A DNA stretch of 64,000 nt from an uncultured Sphaerobacteraceae bacterium (GTDB lineage: Bacteria; Chloroflexota; Chloroflexia; Thermomicrobiales; UBA6265), in assembly GCA_964526965.1 (NCBI GenBank), contig CAZGML010000001.1, forward strand, positions 19,667 through 83,666, written 5' to 3'. Positions within the stretch are counted from its first letter, which is position 1. Every line of letters begins with the position of its first letter. A model generated the notes under the pieces. That model was given only the letters and a program-made list of their open reading frames with translations, was not told the origin of the DNA and did not search any database. Both the position numbers and the translations under genes were made by a program. Positions 9,474-17,892 of the stretch are shown in pieces.

Positions 9474-9857
9474 TTGTATTCCGCTTTCATCCGAGAATCT
9501 GGAACAATGGTCCGACTCATAGAATGGGTAATGGTCAACCACGATGCAATTATTACTCCTCATATTGCAAACGAGATTCTTGAGAAAGTGGAAATGAGGG
9601 CACCAAATGCACTCGGGGTTGTAACTGCTTTCCTGTCCTCCAGCAATCTTCATTTCGTTGAATCAATCCCACATCCACGAAGCCCCCAACCCGTTATCCG
9701 TGACCAAGACGATCAATCAATTGTCGACGCCGCCCTGGACAACGATATCGATGTAATTCTCACAGGCGATAAGGACTTCCATGTCCTGGTGATTGACCGA
9801 CCGAGAGTAATGTATCCTGCCGATTTCATTGCAGAGTTCATGGATGATCAAACCTGA
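9474..9857 (+). CDS. PIN-domain toxin with unresolved 5' boundary
   Basis: The ORF track starts at TTG 9474. The same frame reads KVFIDTNILYSAF from 9450, which carries the first PIN acidic residue. No ATG, GTG or TTG lies between the stop at 9435-9437 and 9474. Later motifs are ILTGDKDF and DQSIVDAAL. Confidence 0.72.
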   Translation: MYSAFIRESGTMVRLIEWVMVNHDAIITPHIANEILEKVEMRAPNALGVVTAFLSSSNLHFVESIPHPRSPQPVIRDQDDQSIVDAALDNDIDVILTGDKDFHVLVIDRPRVMYPADFIAEFMDDQT

Positions 9858-9923
9858 TCACCAAATTGGAAAGCTCGGGCCTTGTGCCCGAGCTTTCAAC
9901 CACCGGCATCAATTATTGGATAC

Positions 9924-11111
9924 CTACACGCCCAGCAGATCGCTGATTGTGAGGGCGTAAATCTTCGCCTGCTTTTCGAGGTCATCGATATTGATGCTCT
10001 CGTTGGCACCGTGGGCGCCTTCGCCGCGTGGACCCATACCGACAGTGTCCATATTGTGCTGGCGGTAGAAGCGTCCGTCCGTCATACCGGCCCACTGCAC
10101 GAAGTACTCCGGCTCTTCTCCAGTGAGATCGCGCACAGCCTTCTGGAATGCCTGCACCAGCGGCGAATCCTCTGGCGTAATGTTCGGTGCGATGTACGAT
10201 CCGTCCGGATCGACTTCCAGCTCGTAAACGAACTCGGGATCCTCCGCGGCCACTGCATCCAGCTTGGCGCGAATGTCAGCGACAGCACTCTCCTTGTCCT
10301 CTCCGGGAACGAGGCGGCGATCGATCGTAATCATCGCTTCCCCCGGTACAACGTTGTGCGCAACACCGGCTTCGATCTGGTTCACACTCAGTACCGGATA
10401 CCCAACTGCCGGGTGGAAGGTATCAATGTGATGTTCCAGCGCCAGAATTCCCTTGGCAGCTTTCTGCAGGGCGTTAATACCGTTCACGCGGGCAGCGGCA
10501 GTGTGACTGGCACGACCCTTAAAGTGGACGTTCACAGCGAGGCCACCGCGCTCGGCGTTGCGAATCTTGTGCTCGCTACCCTCACCGATAAACACGTAAT
10601 CCGGTCGGGGCAAGTTCCCCTTTTCGATTTCGGCGAGTACGTGCTTCGTGCCAAAGTTGGCGCCAACTTCCTCGTCGCTCACGATGTGGGCACTGAGGGC
10701 GCCCTTCAGTGGAGCATCCTTGAACGTTTCCAGCATGTGCATCATTACGCCTACGCTGGTTTTCATGTCGCTGGCGCCACGACCGAAGATCTTCTGGCCA
10801 TCTTCGCTCACCACGCCCTCGAACGGATCCGTATTCCAACTGCCAGCGTCGCTCACCGGCACCACATCGAGGTGACCGTTCATCGCGATCAGCGGACCTT
10901 CCTCCGGGTTGCCGACGGTCGCTATGATATTTGGCCGCTTCGGGTCATTGGCGGTTTCCACGTAGCTGATACCGCGTTCATCCAGCCAGCGCTTCACAAA
11001 CTGCATTACCTCGTATTCGTCGCCGCTTACCGAGGGAATGGAAACCAGCTGTGTACCCACCTCGACGATCGCGTCTCGGCTTACCTTGTCTGTCCATGAA
11101 TTCGTTGACAT
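9924..11111 (-). CDS. M20 family metallopeptidase (ArgE/DapE-like), paralog 2
   Basis: 395 aa, roughly two-thirds identical by eye to the 7355..8545 product. The same NGHLDVVPV, GRGASDMKT and SDEE motifs are present. GGAGG sits 5 nt upstream of ATG 11111. Confidence 0.85.
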   Translation of the reverse strand: MSTNSWTDKVSRDAIVEVGTQLVSIPSVSGDEYEVMQFVKRWLDERGISYVETANDPKRPNIIATVGNPEEGPLIAMNGHLDVVPVSDAGSWNTDPFEGVVSEDGQKIFGRGASDMKTSVGVMMHMLETFKDAPLKGALSAHIVSDEEVGANFGTKHVLAEIEKGNLPRPDYVFIGEGSEHKIRNAERGGLAVNVHFKGRASHTAAARVNGINALQKAAKGILALEHHIDTFHPAVGYPVLSVNQIEAGVAHNVVPGEAMITIDRRLVPGEDKESAVADIRAKLDAVAAEDPEFVYELEVDPDGSYIAPNITPEDSPLVQAFQKAVRDLTGEEPEYFVQWAGMTDGRFYRQHNMDTVGMGPRGEGAHGANESINIDDLEKQAKIYALTISDLLGV

Positions 11112-11203
11112 GTGTCCTCCAACAACCGCTATGTTCTACCGTTCACTTGTATCACGGTTTGGGAGGTCAGCCAACGATGCTTGCTCACGTAAAGAGAAAA
11201 GAA

Positions 11204-11854
11204 TCAGTTTGATTTCCGAACCAGTCGAAGATGCGTTGTGCCGTTTACACCGATGGATTCTGCCACCTCATAGGTGTCGGTAAGATTGGATAGCCCATCC
11301 CACAGATTCTCACCCTTGCCAAGAACGATCGGTACGATAGCGAGGTGGGCTTCATCGATCAGTCCTTCCAACAGGAAGCTACGCAGCGTGCTCACCCCAC
11401 CGCGGACACAGATATCCTGATCGCCCGCTGCATCTCGAGCCAGCTGCAGGACTTCAGCCGGTGAGCCGGATACGAAATGAAAGGTCGTACCGCCATCCAT
11501 CTCAAGCTCAGCACGTGGATGATGTGTCATCACAAAGGTCGGATGGTGGTACGGTGGATTTGAGCCCCACCAGCCGGTCCACGATTCATCTTCCCACGGG
11601 CCACGCTGTGGACCGAACATGTTTCGGCCCATTATTGTTGCGCCAATCCCGTTGAAACCTCGTTCCACCATATCGTTCACGACACCATATTCTCCATCAG
11701 TCTCACCGAACATGGCCGCGCCGTGGGCCGTCCTGAACATCCACTGGTGTAACTGCTCACCCGCGTGACCAAATGGCGCATCGAGTGATTGCCCTTCTCC
11801 AGCTCCAGAGCCATCGAGCGAAATTGAGAAACAATGAACTCGCACGTTAGACAT
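11204..11854 (-). CDS. Dihydrofolate-reductase-like protein (RibD C-terminal domain family)
   Basis: 216 aa. MSNVRVHCFSISLDGSGAG, ...IMGRNMF... and ...LAIVPIVLGKGENLW are typical of the RibD_C/DHFR-like family. Confidence 0.75.
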   Translation of the reverse strand: MSNVRVHCFSISLDGSGAGEGQSLDAPFGHAGEQLHQWMFRTAHGAAMFGETDGEYGVVNDMVERGFNGIGATIMGRNMFGPQRGPWEDESWTGWWGSNPPYHHPTFVMTHHPRAELEMDGGTTFHFVSGSPAEVLQLARDAAGDQDICVRGGVSTLRSFLLEGLIDEAHLAIVPIVLGKGENLWDGLSNLTDTYEVAESIGVNGTTHLRLVRKSN

Positions 11855-11926
11855 ATCGGGCTCCTTTCTCGTCTTTTTGAGCGTATCAAGGCCAAGGCGA
11901 GTCGATTACTTTATTTTTGCGATACG

Positions 11927-11956
11927 AAAAAGCCCGGCCACCATTGGTGACCGGGC
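11927..11956 (-). terminator. Intrinsic terminator after darA
   Basis: The stem runs gcccggccacc/ggtgaccgggc over 11932-11956 with one mismatch. An A-run at 11927-11931 on the plus strand corresponds to a U-run on the minus strand. Confidence 0.6.
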
Positions 11957-11972
11957 GAAATATCAGTGTGTT

Positions 11973-12302
11973 CTAAATGCGCTCGAAACGCTCGACGTCG
12001 AGTACGAAGACGATAGCGCCGCCTACCTCAACTTCGAAGTTCTCCGGCATATATAACAGGCCTGGTTCGAGTGCGGGCGAGTACGGCACCGCGATCTGGG
12101 TACGACGACGGGCCGAGCGCTGGAGAATATTCATTACAGTCGGCACACCTGCATCTTCGACACCAATCATAAGGCTGGTATTACCGGTACGCAGGAAGGA
12201 GCCAGTGGTCGCGATTTTCGTAAACCGGAACCCGGCCGAGATCAATGACTCGGTAAGTACATCCGTATCCTCGTCCTGAACAATGGCAAAGATCAACTTC
12301 AC
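11973..12302 (-). CDS. darA: PII-like cyclic-di-AMP receptor (DarA/PstA, former DUF970)
   Basis: 109 aa. MKLIFAIVQDEDTDVLTESLISAGFRFTKIATTGSFLRTGNTSLMIGVED...EVEVGGAIVFVLDVERFE is colinear with B. subtilis YaaQ/DarA. Confidence 0.85.
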   Translation of the reverse strand: MKLIFAIVQDEDTDVLTESLISAGFRFTKIATTGSFLRTGNTSLMIGVEDAGVPTVMNILQRSARRRTQIAVPYSPALEPGLLYMPENFEVEVGGAIVFVLDVERFERI

Positions 12303-12387
12303 GATGTAACCTCCTCGTCACCCGCGGAACGGTGTTCACGCGCCCTTCTGGAGCCATAATACACGATCATATCTTGCGATTCCGGTG

Positions 12388-13209
12388 TTAACTCGCCTCA
12401 TCTGCCAATGTTTGATGAATGAGTTGTATCACCTGTTCATGCAACAAACCATTGGTCGCGCATATCTCCCGATCCTCAATCTGATACGGCTCACCGTTTG
12501 TGCGGCTCACCTGGGCACCCGCTTCGCGGCAGATTATCACTCCGGCCGAGACATCCCAATTATTGATGGGACGCTCGAAATAGAAATCCAGTCGGCCACA
12601 CGCTACCCACACCATATCGAGCGCAGCCGCGCCGTTTCGTCGCATTGCCCGGGCGTTCTGGTTGAAGGATTCCCACAGGCGGAAGCTGTTGGCCCGCTCT
12701 GAAATGTCATATGAAAATCCGGTTGCACCCATGGCCTGAATGAGCTCGTCGGCCGAGGAAGCCTTAATCGGTTTTCCGTTGAGATAAGCGCCTTGTCCGG
12801 TGATCGCGGTGAACATCTCGCGTTTGGCGACATCGTACACAACGCCCATGACCGGGTTGCCCTGGTGCTCCAGGCAGATGCTCACGGCCCAGTGTGGCTG
12901 ACCATGCGCGAAGTTCGTGGTGCCATCAATCGGATCAATCAGCCATCGGTACCCATGCTCAGTACTGCCAACAGCTCCCTCTTCCCCGGTGAGGCGGTGC
13001 TCGGGAAACTCCCGCAATATGCCAGCGGAGATAAGCTTCTCGGATGCGATATCAGCATCCGTTACGAGGTCAATCGAGCCCTTGTAATGAACCTGATTGT
13101 CATCATGCTGTGCTGCTCGCTGGATATCGCCGGCTTCCTCCGCCAGGGAAACGGCTACATCCTTGGCTCGTTGCAACAAGGCAAGGTCGGTCATATTAGT
13201 GGACTGCAT
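12388..13209 (-). CDS. Inositol monophosphatase family protein (SuhB/HisN-like)
   Basis: Motifs WLIDPIDGTTNF and WDVSAG are present. The start is ATG 13209 (AGAGGA 10 nt upstream) or ATG 13194, and it abuts or overlaps the tsaD stop. Confidence 0.85.
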   Translation of the reverse strand: MQSTNMTDLALLQRAKDVAVSLAEEAGDIQRAAQHDDNQVHYKGSIDLVTDADIASEKLISAGILREFPEHRLTGEEGAVGSTEHGYRWLIDPIDGTTNFAHGQPHWAVSICLEHQGNPVMGVVYDVAKREMFTAITGQGAYLNGKPIKASSADELIQAMGATGFSYDISERANSFRLWESFNQNARAMRRNGAAALDMVWVACGRLDFYFERPINNWDVSAGVIICREAGAQVSRTNGEPYQIEDREICATNGLLHEQVIQLIHQTLADEAS

Positions 13210-14278
13210 GTGTAATAGATCCTCTCGGGTGAGCATCAGTTGCCAAATCACCAAACACGTCACGCTGGGCGAGATGCCAGGCACGGCCAGCAACCATGGC
13301 GGCGTTATCGGTGCAGAATTCCATTGCGGGCCATCGCACAATTACATCTTCCGGTACATCGCGCTGAATGCGCTCGCGCAGATCCCGGTTGGCAGCCACG
13401 CCTCCCGCCAGCATCATCGTTCTCGCACCGGTCTCGATAGTGGCGCGATTGAGCTTGGAGGCGAGTACATCAACTATCGCTTCCTGATAGCTCGCGGCCA
13501 GATCCGCCAGTGGCATGTCGTCGCGATAGACCGGTGGCCGGTGCTTCGGGAAAATCGCGCCGGTTTCTTTTGGTCGGTCGTCCGGTAATCGATAGGGGTC
13601 GACCTGACGGAGCAGGCTCGTTTTGAGGCCGCTGAAGCTGAAATCAAAAGAATCGCCCAGCTGCGAGCGCGGGAAAGCAAACGCATCTGGATTTCCACCC
13701 TCGCTTGCCTTTTGAATCGCCGGACCGCCCGGATAGCCAAGGCCCAACAGACGAGCGCCCTTGTCGAACGCTTCACCAGCGGCGTCGTCGATTGTTTGGC
13801 CGAGCAGCTCGTAGTGATCGTGAGACCGCATCAGCACGAGTTCGGTGTGTCCACCGGATACCAGCAAGCACACTGCAGGGAACTCCGGCTCTGGCATGGA
13901 TTCGCCTGCCCGTTGGAGCCAGTTCGCGTGCACGTGCGCCTCAAGGTGGTTGACCGGGATCATTGGCTTCCCGGTGCTCCAGGCCCAGGCCTTGGCCGCG
14001 TTGACTCCCACAAGGAGTGAACCGGCGAGGCCCGGCGTGTTTGTGAAGGCGATGGAATCGATGTCATCGATCACCACATCCGCTTCGGTTAGAGCGGCTT
14101 CAATCACCGGGATGATCGCCGTAACCTGGCCACGAGCGGCAAGCTCTGGCACCACGCCCCCGTGCGCCTTGTGGAGATCGATTTGCGAGGAAATGACATT
14201 GCTCAGCACATCGGTCCCGTTTTCAACCACCGCGGCCGCAGTTTCGTCGCAGGACGTTTCTATTCCCAATATCTTCAC
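13196..14278 (-). CDS. tsaD: tRNA N6-adenosine threonylcarbamoyltransferase
   Basis: ILGIETSCDETAAAVV and HGGVVPELAAR are present. The GTG start at 14278 overlaps the rimI stop in the pattern GTGA. Confidence 0.9.
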   Translation of the reverse strand: MKILGIETSCDETAAAVVENGTDVLSNVISSQIDLHKAHGGVVPELAARGQVTAIIPVIEAALTEADVVIDDIDSIAFTNTPGLAGSLLVGVNAAKAWAWSTGKPMIPVNHLEAHVHANWLQRAGESMPEPEFPAVCLLVSGGHTELVLMRSHDHYELLGQTIDDAAGEAFDKGARLLGLGYPGGPAIQKASEGGNPDAFAFPRSQLGDSFDFSFSGLKTSLLRQVDPYRLPDDRPKETGAIFPKHRPPVYRDDMPLADLAASYQEAIVDVLASKLNRATIETGARTMMLAGGVAANRDLRERIQRDVPEDVIVRWPAMEFCTDNAAMVAGRAWHLAQRDVFGDLATDAHPRGSITHAVH

Positions 14279-14919
14279 GAAGACGCTCCCGACGGCAAGA
14301 AGCTCAACTTGTGGTGCAGGCGGCGACGGAGCTTCTCGATGTGTTGGAGGTAATCCGGGTTCCGGAAGCTCTCGCTCCACATGATGTATGCATCTTCGTT
14401 GTTATCGGTGTAATAACGAGGTTTCTTACCCTGAATCGAAAATCCGTACTTACGATAGAGCTGTTGAGCACCATAGTTGCTCACGCGTACCTCGAGGGTG
14501 AGCCAGGTGGCTTCACGCCGAATAGCCTCGTCAATGAGATTAAGGAACAGGAGTTCGCCCAGTCCCCTGCCCTGCAATTCCGGGAGCACACCAATAGTGG
14601 TGACGTGGGCTTCATCCAGCACGTGCCACATGCCGGCAAAGCCGACTATTGGTGGTATTTCCTTCTTCGAATCCCGACGGCCCAGGGGCCAGAACGCGAA
14701 CCGACCCTGGCGGCGAGGGGTGCCGGGACCGATCTGCACAGGAATATCGCCGCTCTGTTCCGCATCCGGATCATCCCGCAATACGATGTAGTAGTTCTGT
14801 TTCGGGTTCCGGAGTTCCCGCCGATAAGCGGCAAGTGGCCAGGCATGCGTGAACGCCTGGCGTTCCACCGAGGAGACCTCGTCGATATCTTCCAATGTCA
14901 TCGGCTCAAGAATGTACAC
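14275..14919 (-). CDS. rimI: Ribosomal-protein-alanine N-acetyltransferase (GNAT)
   Basis: MTLEDIDEVSSVERQAF, ...LPELQGRGLGELLF... and ...AQQLYRKYGF are present. The start is uncertain (GTG 14919 or ATG 14901). An insert of about 45 aa (DDPDAEQSGDIPVQ...KKEIPP) precedes motif A. Confidence 0.78.
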   Translation of the reverse strand: MYILEPMTLEDIDEVSSVERQAFTHAWPLAAYRRELRNPKQNYYIVLRDDPDAEQSGDIPVQIGPGTPRRQGRFAFWPLGRRDSKKEIPPIVGFAGMWHVLDEAHVTTIGVLPELQGRGLGELLFLNLIDEAIRREATWLTLEVRVSNYGAQQLYRKYGFSIQGKKPRYYTDNNEDAYIMWSESFRNPDYLQHIEKLRRRLHHKLSFLPSGASS

Positions 14920-15031
14920 CTTAATACCCGTTGTGGTTACGCGTGCGTTCCCATGCACGTCCGACTTAATTCTACCGTACAAAACAAGGGACAAATGAGC
15001 CAAAGCTGCTGTACACTTTGTGGGCGGATGT

Positions 15032-15115
15032 GCCGGGGTGGCGGAATGGCAGACGCAGCGGACTCAAAATCCGCCGGGGAAACCCGTGGGGGTTCGAATC
15101 CCCCTCCCGGTACCA
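15032..15115 (+). tRNA. tRNA-Leu (anticodon CAA), class II with long variable arm and encoded CCA
   Basis: Hand-folded structure: acceptor GCCGGGG/TCCCGGT; anticodon stem GCGGA/TCCGC with loop CTCAAAA; variable arm CGGGGAAACCCGT; T-arm GGGGG-TTCGAAT-CCCCC; then A-CCA. Confidence 0.9.
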
Positions 15116-15135
15116 ATAGTTCACGATACTACGCC

Positions 15136-15168
15136 AAAACCGGGCCTTTGTGCCCGGTTTTGTTGTTT
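15136..15168 (+). terminator. Intrinsic terminator after tRNA-Leu
   Basis: The stem aaaaccgggc...gcccggtttt is followed by gttgttt. Confidence 0.6.
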
Positions 15169-15202
15169 CTGAAGACTTTCGCACTCCTGCCTTTGAAACC
15201 AC

Positions 15203-15233
15203 TTGACATTTATCCAAATAAGAACGCTAATGT
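15203..15233 (+). promoter_or_regulatory. Candidate sigma70-type promoter for the solute-binding-protein gene
   Basis: TTGACA (15203-15208), a 17-nt spacer, then GCTAAT (15226-15231). TAATGT with a 19-nt spacer is an alternative. Confidence 0.35.
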
Positions 15234-15394
15234 GAATGGTGCGACCAGAGACGTTCGCGCTTCACCTTGACGGGTGGATTGTCTCTGGTGCGCAGGCACC
15301 GGTATGTTCATTCCCACTACAACTCAAGGTCATTGGCTTTTCCGGGTGGCATAGCGCGTTTACTAACGCGCGCAGTTTTCAGGAGAGAGATTTC

Positions 15395-17203
15395 GTGGCT
15401 AGTATTGATCCATCGCTTTCACGCCGAACAGTCGTTCAGGCAGGAGCTGCCGTAGCGGCGACTGTTGCACTCAAGGGCGCATCCGCACAGGACGCAAGTC
15501 CGGAATCAGCCGGTTCCGGGCCGATAGCTATCCCCTCCAGCGGGACCGAGAATCAGGCCCGCGGAGAAGGTGGCGAGCTCAAGATGCTGCAGTGGCAGGC
15601 ACCGACAACCCTGAATCGATACCGAAGCACGGGCGTGAAAGATTACCTCGCTGGCTCATTGGTAATGGAACCCCTTTTTGTGGTGATGAAAGATGGTAGC
15701 CTCGCGCCGATGCTCGCCGACACAGTACCGAGCGTGGAAGATGGCACGCTGGCCGAGGACCTTACGTGGGCCACGGTGTCTCTCAAGCCAGATCTTCTCT
15801 GGAGTGATGGCGAGGCAGTCACCTCCGAGGATGTGCGGTTCACCTGGGAGTGGAACATCAATCAGGACAATGGCTCGTTCTCCTACGACATCTTTGCCAC
15901 TGTTGAGGATGTTGAGATCATCGACGATCTCACCGTCACGTTCCATTTCAAGGAATCGAACCCGATCTGGTTTGAGGTAGTCTCCAGCTCTGGCGGCACC
16001 GTTATCCTGCCGCAGCACATTTTGCATGAGCAGACTCAGGAGGTGAATGACGCCTTTGGTATCGCACCGATTGGCACAGGCCCGTTCGTGGTTACTGAGT
16101 TCACACCCAACGACCAGGCCGTATACGTTGCCAACGAAAATTACCGCGAGCCGAACAAGCCATTCTTCAGTAGCGTATTGCTCAAGGGTGGTGGAGACGC
16201 TGCAGCGGCCGCCCGCTCGACGCTGCAGACAGGTGAGTACGACTTCGCCTGGCTGCTGAATGTGGAGCCTGAAATTCTCGAGCCGATGACTGGCGAGGAT
16301 TCTCCAGGCGTGTTGGACATCACGCCGACTGTCTCGCTGGAATTCATGGACGTAAACATGAGTGACCCGCACACAGAGGTCAACGGCCAGTTCTCGGAAA
16401 TGAACACGCCACACCCGATTCTTTCGGACGTGCGTGTGCGTAAAGCACTTGCTCTCGCGATCAATCGTGAAGTCATCACTTCCGAACTGTACCTGGAAGG
16501 CAATGAGCCGGCGGCCAACGTCATTCTTGGAAACCCGGCTATCGATACATCCCACAATACCGCCGTCTACGATCAGGGAGAGGCGAAGGCCCTACTGGAC
16601 GAAGCAGGATGGGTGCTGGAAGACGGCGCGCAGGTTCGAACCAAGGATGGCGAGGAGCTTAGACTCAGCCTGGCAACATCCGTGAGCTCAATCCGACAGA
16701 AGACACAATCGATTATCCAGGCAAATCTAGCGGAAGTTGGAATTGCTGTCGAACTCGAGCAGATTGATGCCGGCCTCTTCTTCGATGGCTCGGCCGGGAA
16801 TGACCAGAACCTCACCCACTTCTACCGCGACCTGCAGTTCTACTCTACGAGCGTAGGTAACGCGCGCCCGCTTACCTTGATGAACAACTGGTACACGGGA
16901 CCTGAGGGCGCTAATATCGCCCAGAAATCCAACGGGTGGTCGGCTTCGAACAACTCGCGTTGGCAGAACGAAGAGTACGACGCGGAACTTGAAGCGGCCC
17001 GAGTTGAATCAGACGATGAGAAGCTGATCGAGCGACTGATCAACCTCAACGATATGGTGGTCAACGATTACGCCGTGATTCCGCTGGTGCACTACGGTTT
17101 GAATGTTGGTTACAGCAAGCGCCTGAACGCCGAGAACTTCGGTTTTGGTCCGTTCGAGTACCACTACTGGAACATAGCCAACTGGAATCTTGCAGAGCGT
17201 TAG
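15395..17203 (+). CDS. ABC transporter substrate-binding protein, family 5 (peptide/nickel/opine type), Tat signal
   Basis: Lies in ORF 15236..17203. I place the start at GTG 15395, after AGGAGAG. The N-terminus is VASIDPSLSRRTVVQAGAAVAATVALKGASA. The SBP_bac_5-like body includes ...WSDGEAVTSEDVRFTWE.... No permease or ATPase genes are adjacent. Confidence 0.85.
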   Translation: MASIDPSLSRRTVVQAGAAVAATVALKGASAQDASPESAGSGPIAIPSSGTENQARGEGGELKMLQWQAPTTLNRYRSTGVKDYLAGSLVMEPLFVVMKDGSLAPMLADTVPSVEDGTLAEDLTWATVSLKPDLLWSDGEAVTSEDVRFTWEWNINQDNGSFSYDIFATVEDVEIIDDLTVTFHFKESNPIWFEVVSSSGGTVILPQHILHEQTQEVNDAFGIAPIGTGPFVVTEFTPNDQAVYVANENYREPNKPFFSSVLLKGGGDAAAAARSTLQTGEYDFAWLLNVEPEILEPMTGEDSPGVLDITPTVSLEFMDVNMSDPHTEVNGQFSEMNTPHPILSDVRVRKALALAINREVITSELYLEGNEPAANVILGNPAIDTSHNTAVYDQGEAKALLDEAGWVLEDGAQVRTKDGEELRLSLATSVSSIRQKTQSIIQANLAEVGIAVELEQIDAGLFFDGSAGNDQNLTHFYRDLQFYSTSVGNARPLTLMNNWYTGPEGANIAQKSNGWSASNNSRWQNEEYDAELEAARVESDDEKLIERLINLNDMVVNDYAVIPLVHYGLNVGYSKRLNAENFGFGPFEYHYWNIANWNLAER

Positions 17204-17223
17204 TAAACAACGAAGACAGGTAA

Positions 17224-17260
17224 ACGAAGCGCAGGCCATCCCGCCTGCGCTTCGTGTTTT
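17224..17260 (+). terminator. Intrinsic terminator, probably bidirectional between convergent genes
   Basis: A 13-bp stem forms between acgaagcgcaggc (17224-17236) and gcctgcgcttcgt (17243-17255), followed by gtttt. Confidence 0.65.
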
Positions 17261-17280
17261 CACGCTCGCTGCAAGCTCAC

Positions 17281-17892
17281 CTACTCCATCGTTATATGAA
17301 TATGCTGTGCGAGTTCTTGCGGGGTGCTATGGCCAGTAACGATCATTTCGGTGGCAAGCATGGAATTGCTTTCGCTTTGCAGTTGCGTCATCAGGATCGG
17401 CGCGAACGCGCGCACGAACTCATTCGGATTCGGCTGTTCGGTTACATACGGCACATTCCGCAGCCGATCCTGCAATACCCGCAGCGAGTCCTGACCATGG
17501 TCCGTCGGTAACAACAGGATTACGCGACTCGCCACGTCCAGGGCAGCCCTGGCCCGCTGGATATGCTCCTCGTCCTCGTAGACGCTCTGCCCGCCGCCAA
17601 AAGTGATGACTGTGTTGGTGGGGTTCTCGCGCATCACTCGCTCGACACTCATGACCTCGTAGGGCTTCCAGGCCTTCACCAACTCACGCAGGCCGCCCTG
17701 CTCCATTGCCTTTCGCTCAACGTCCGGATCGAGCCCGAACTCCGGGTACCATTCGCTCCGCAGTTCATCGAGCTCAACGAGTGGCCAATTCAATAACTCA
17801 GACAACGCAGTACCCACAGCAGATTTCCCAACTCCGGTTGGGCCGATCAGCACGATACTGCCACGCTCTTGCTGTTTGCTCAGAACAACCAC
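17281..17892 (-). CDS. P-loop NTPase, shikimate-kinase-like / AAA_33-like
   Basis: 203 aa with a GTG start. The Walker A motif is IVLIGPTGVGKSAVG. No further specific motif was recognised. Confidence 0.6.
   Translation of the reverse strand: MVVLSKQQERGSIVLIGPTGVGKSAVGTALSELLNWPLVELDELRSEWYPEFGLDPDVERKAMEQGGLRELVKAWKPYEVMSVERVMRENPTNTVITFGGGQSVYEDEEHIQRARAALDVASRVILLLPTDHGQDSLRVLQDRLRNVPYVTEQPNPNEFVRAFAPILMTQLQSESNSMLATEMIVTGHSTPQELAQHIHITME

Noticed and set aside
9882-11099. A 405-aa plus-strand ORF
   Set aside because: It is antisense to M20 peptidase paralog 2 and has no motifs. It is a shadow ORF.
15236-15394. The N-terminal 53-codon extension of the solute-binding-protein ORF
   Set aside because: The Tat signal starts right after GTG 15395, which has a strong AGGAGAG box. 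The upstream part overlaps the predicted promoter and the leader hairpins.
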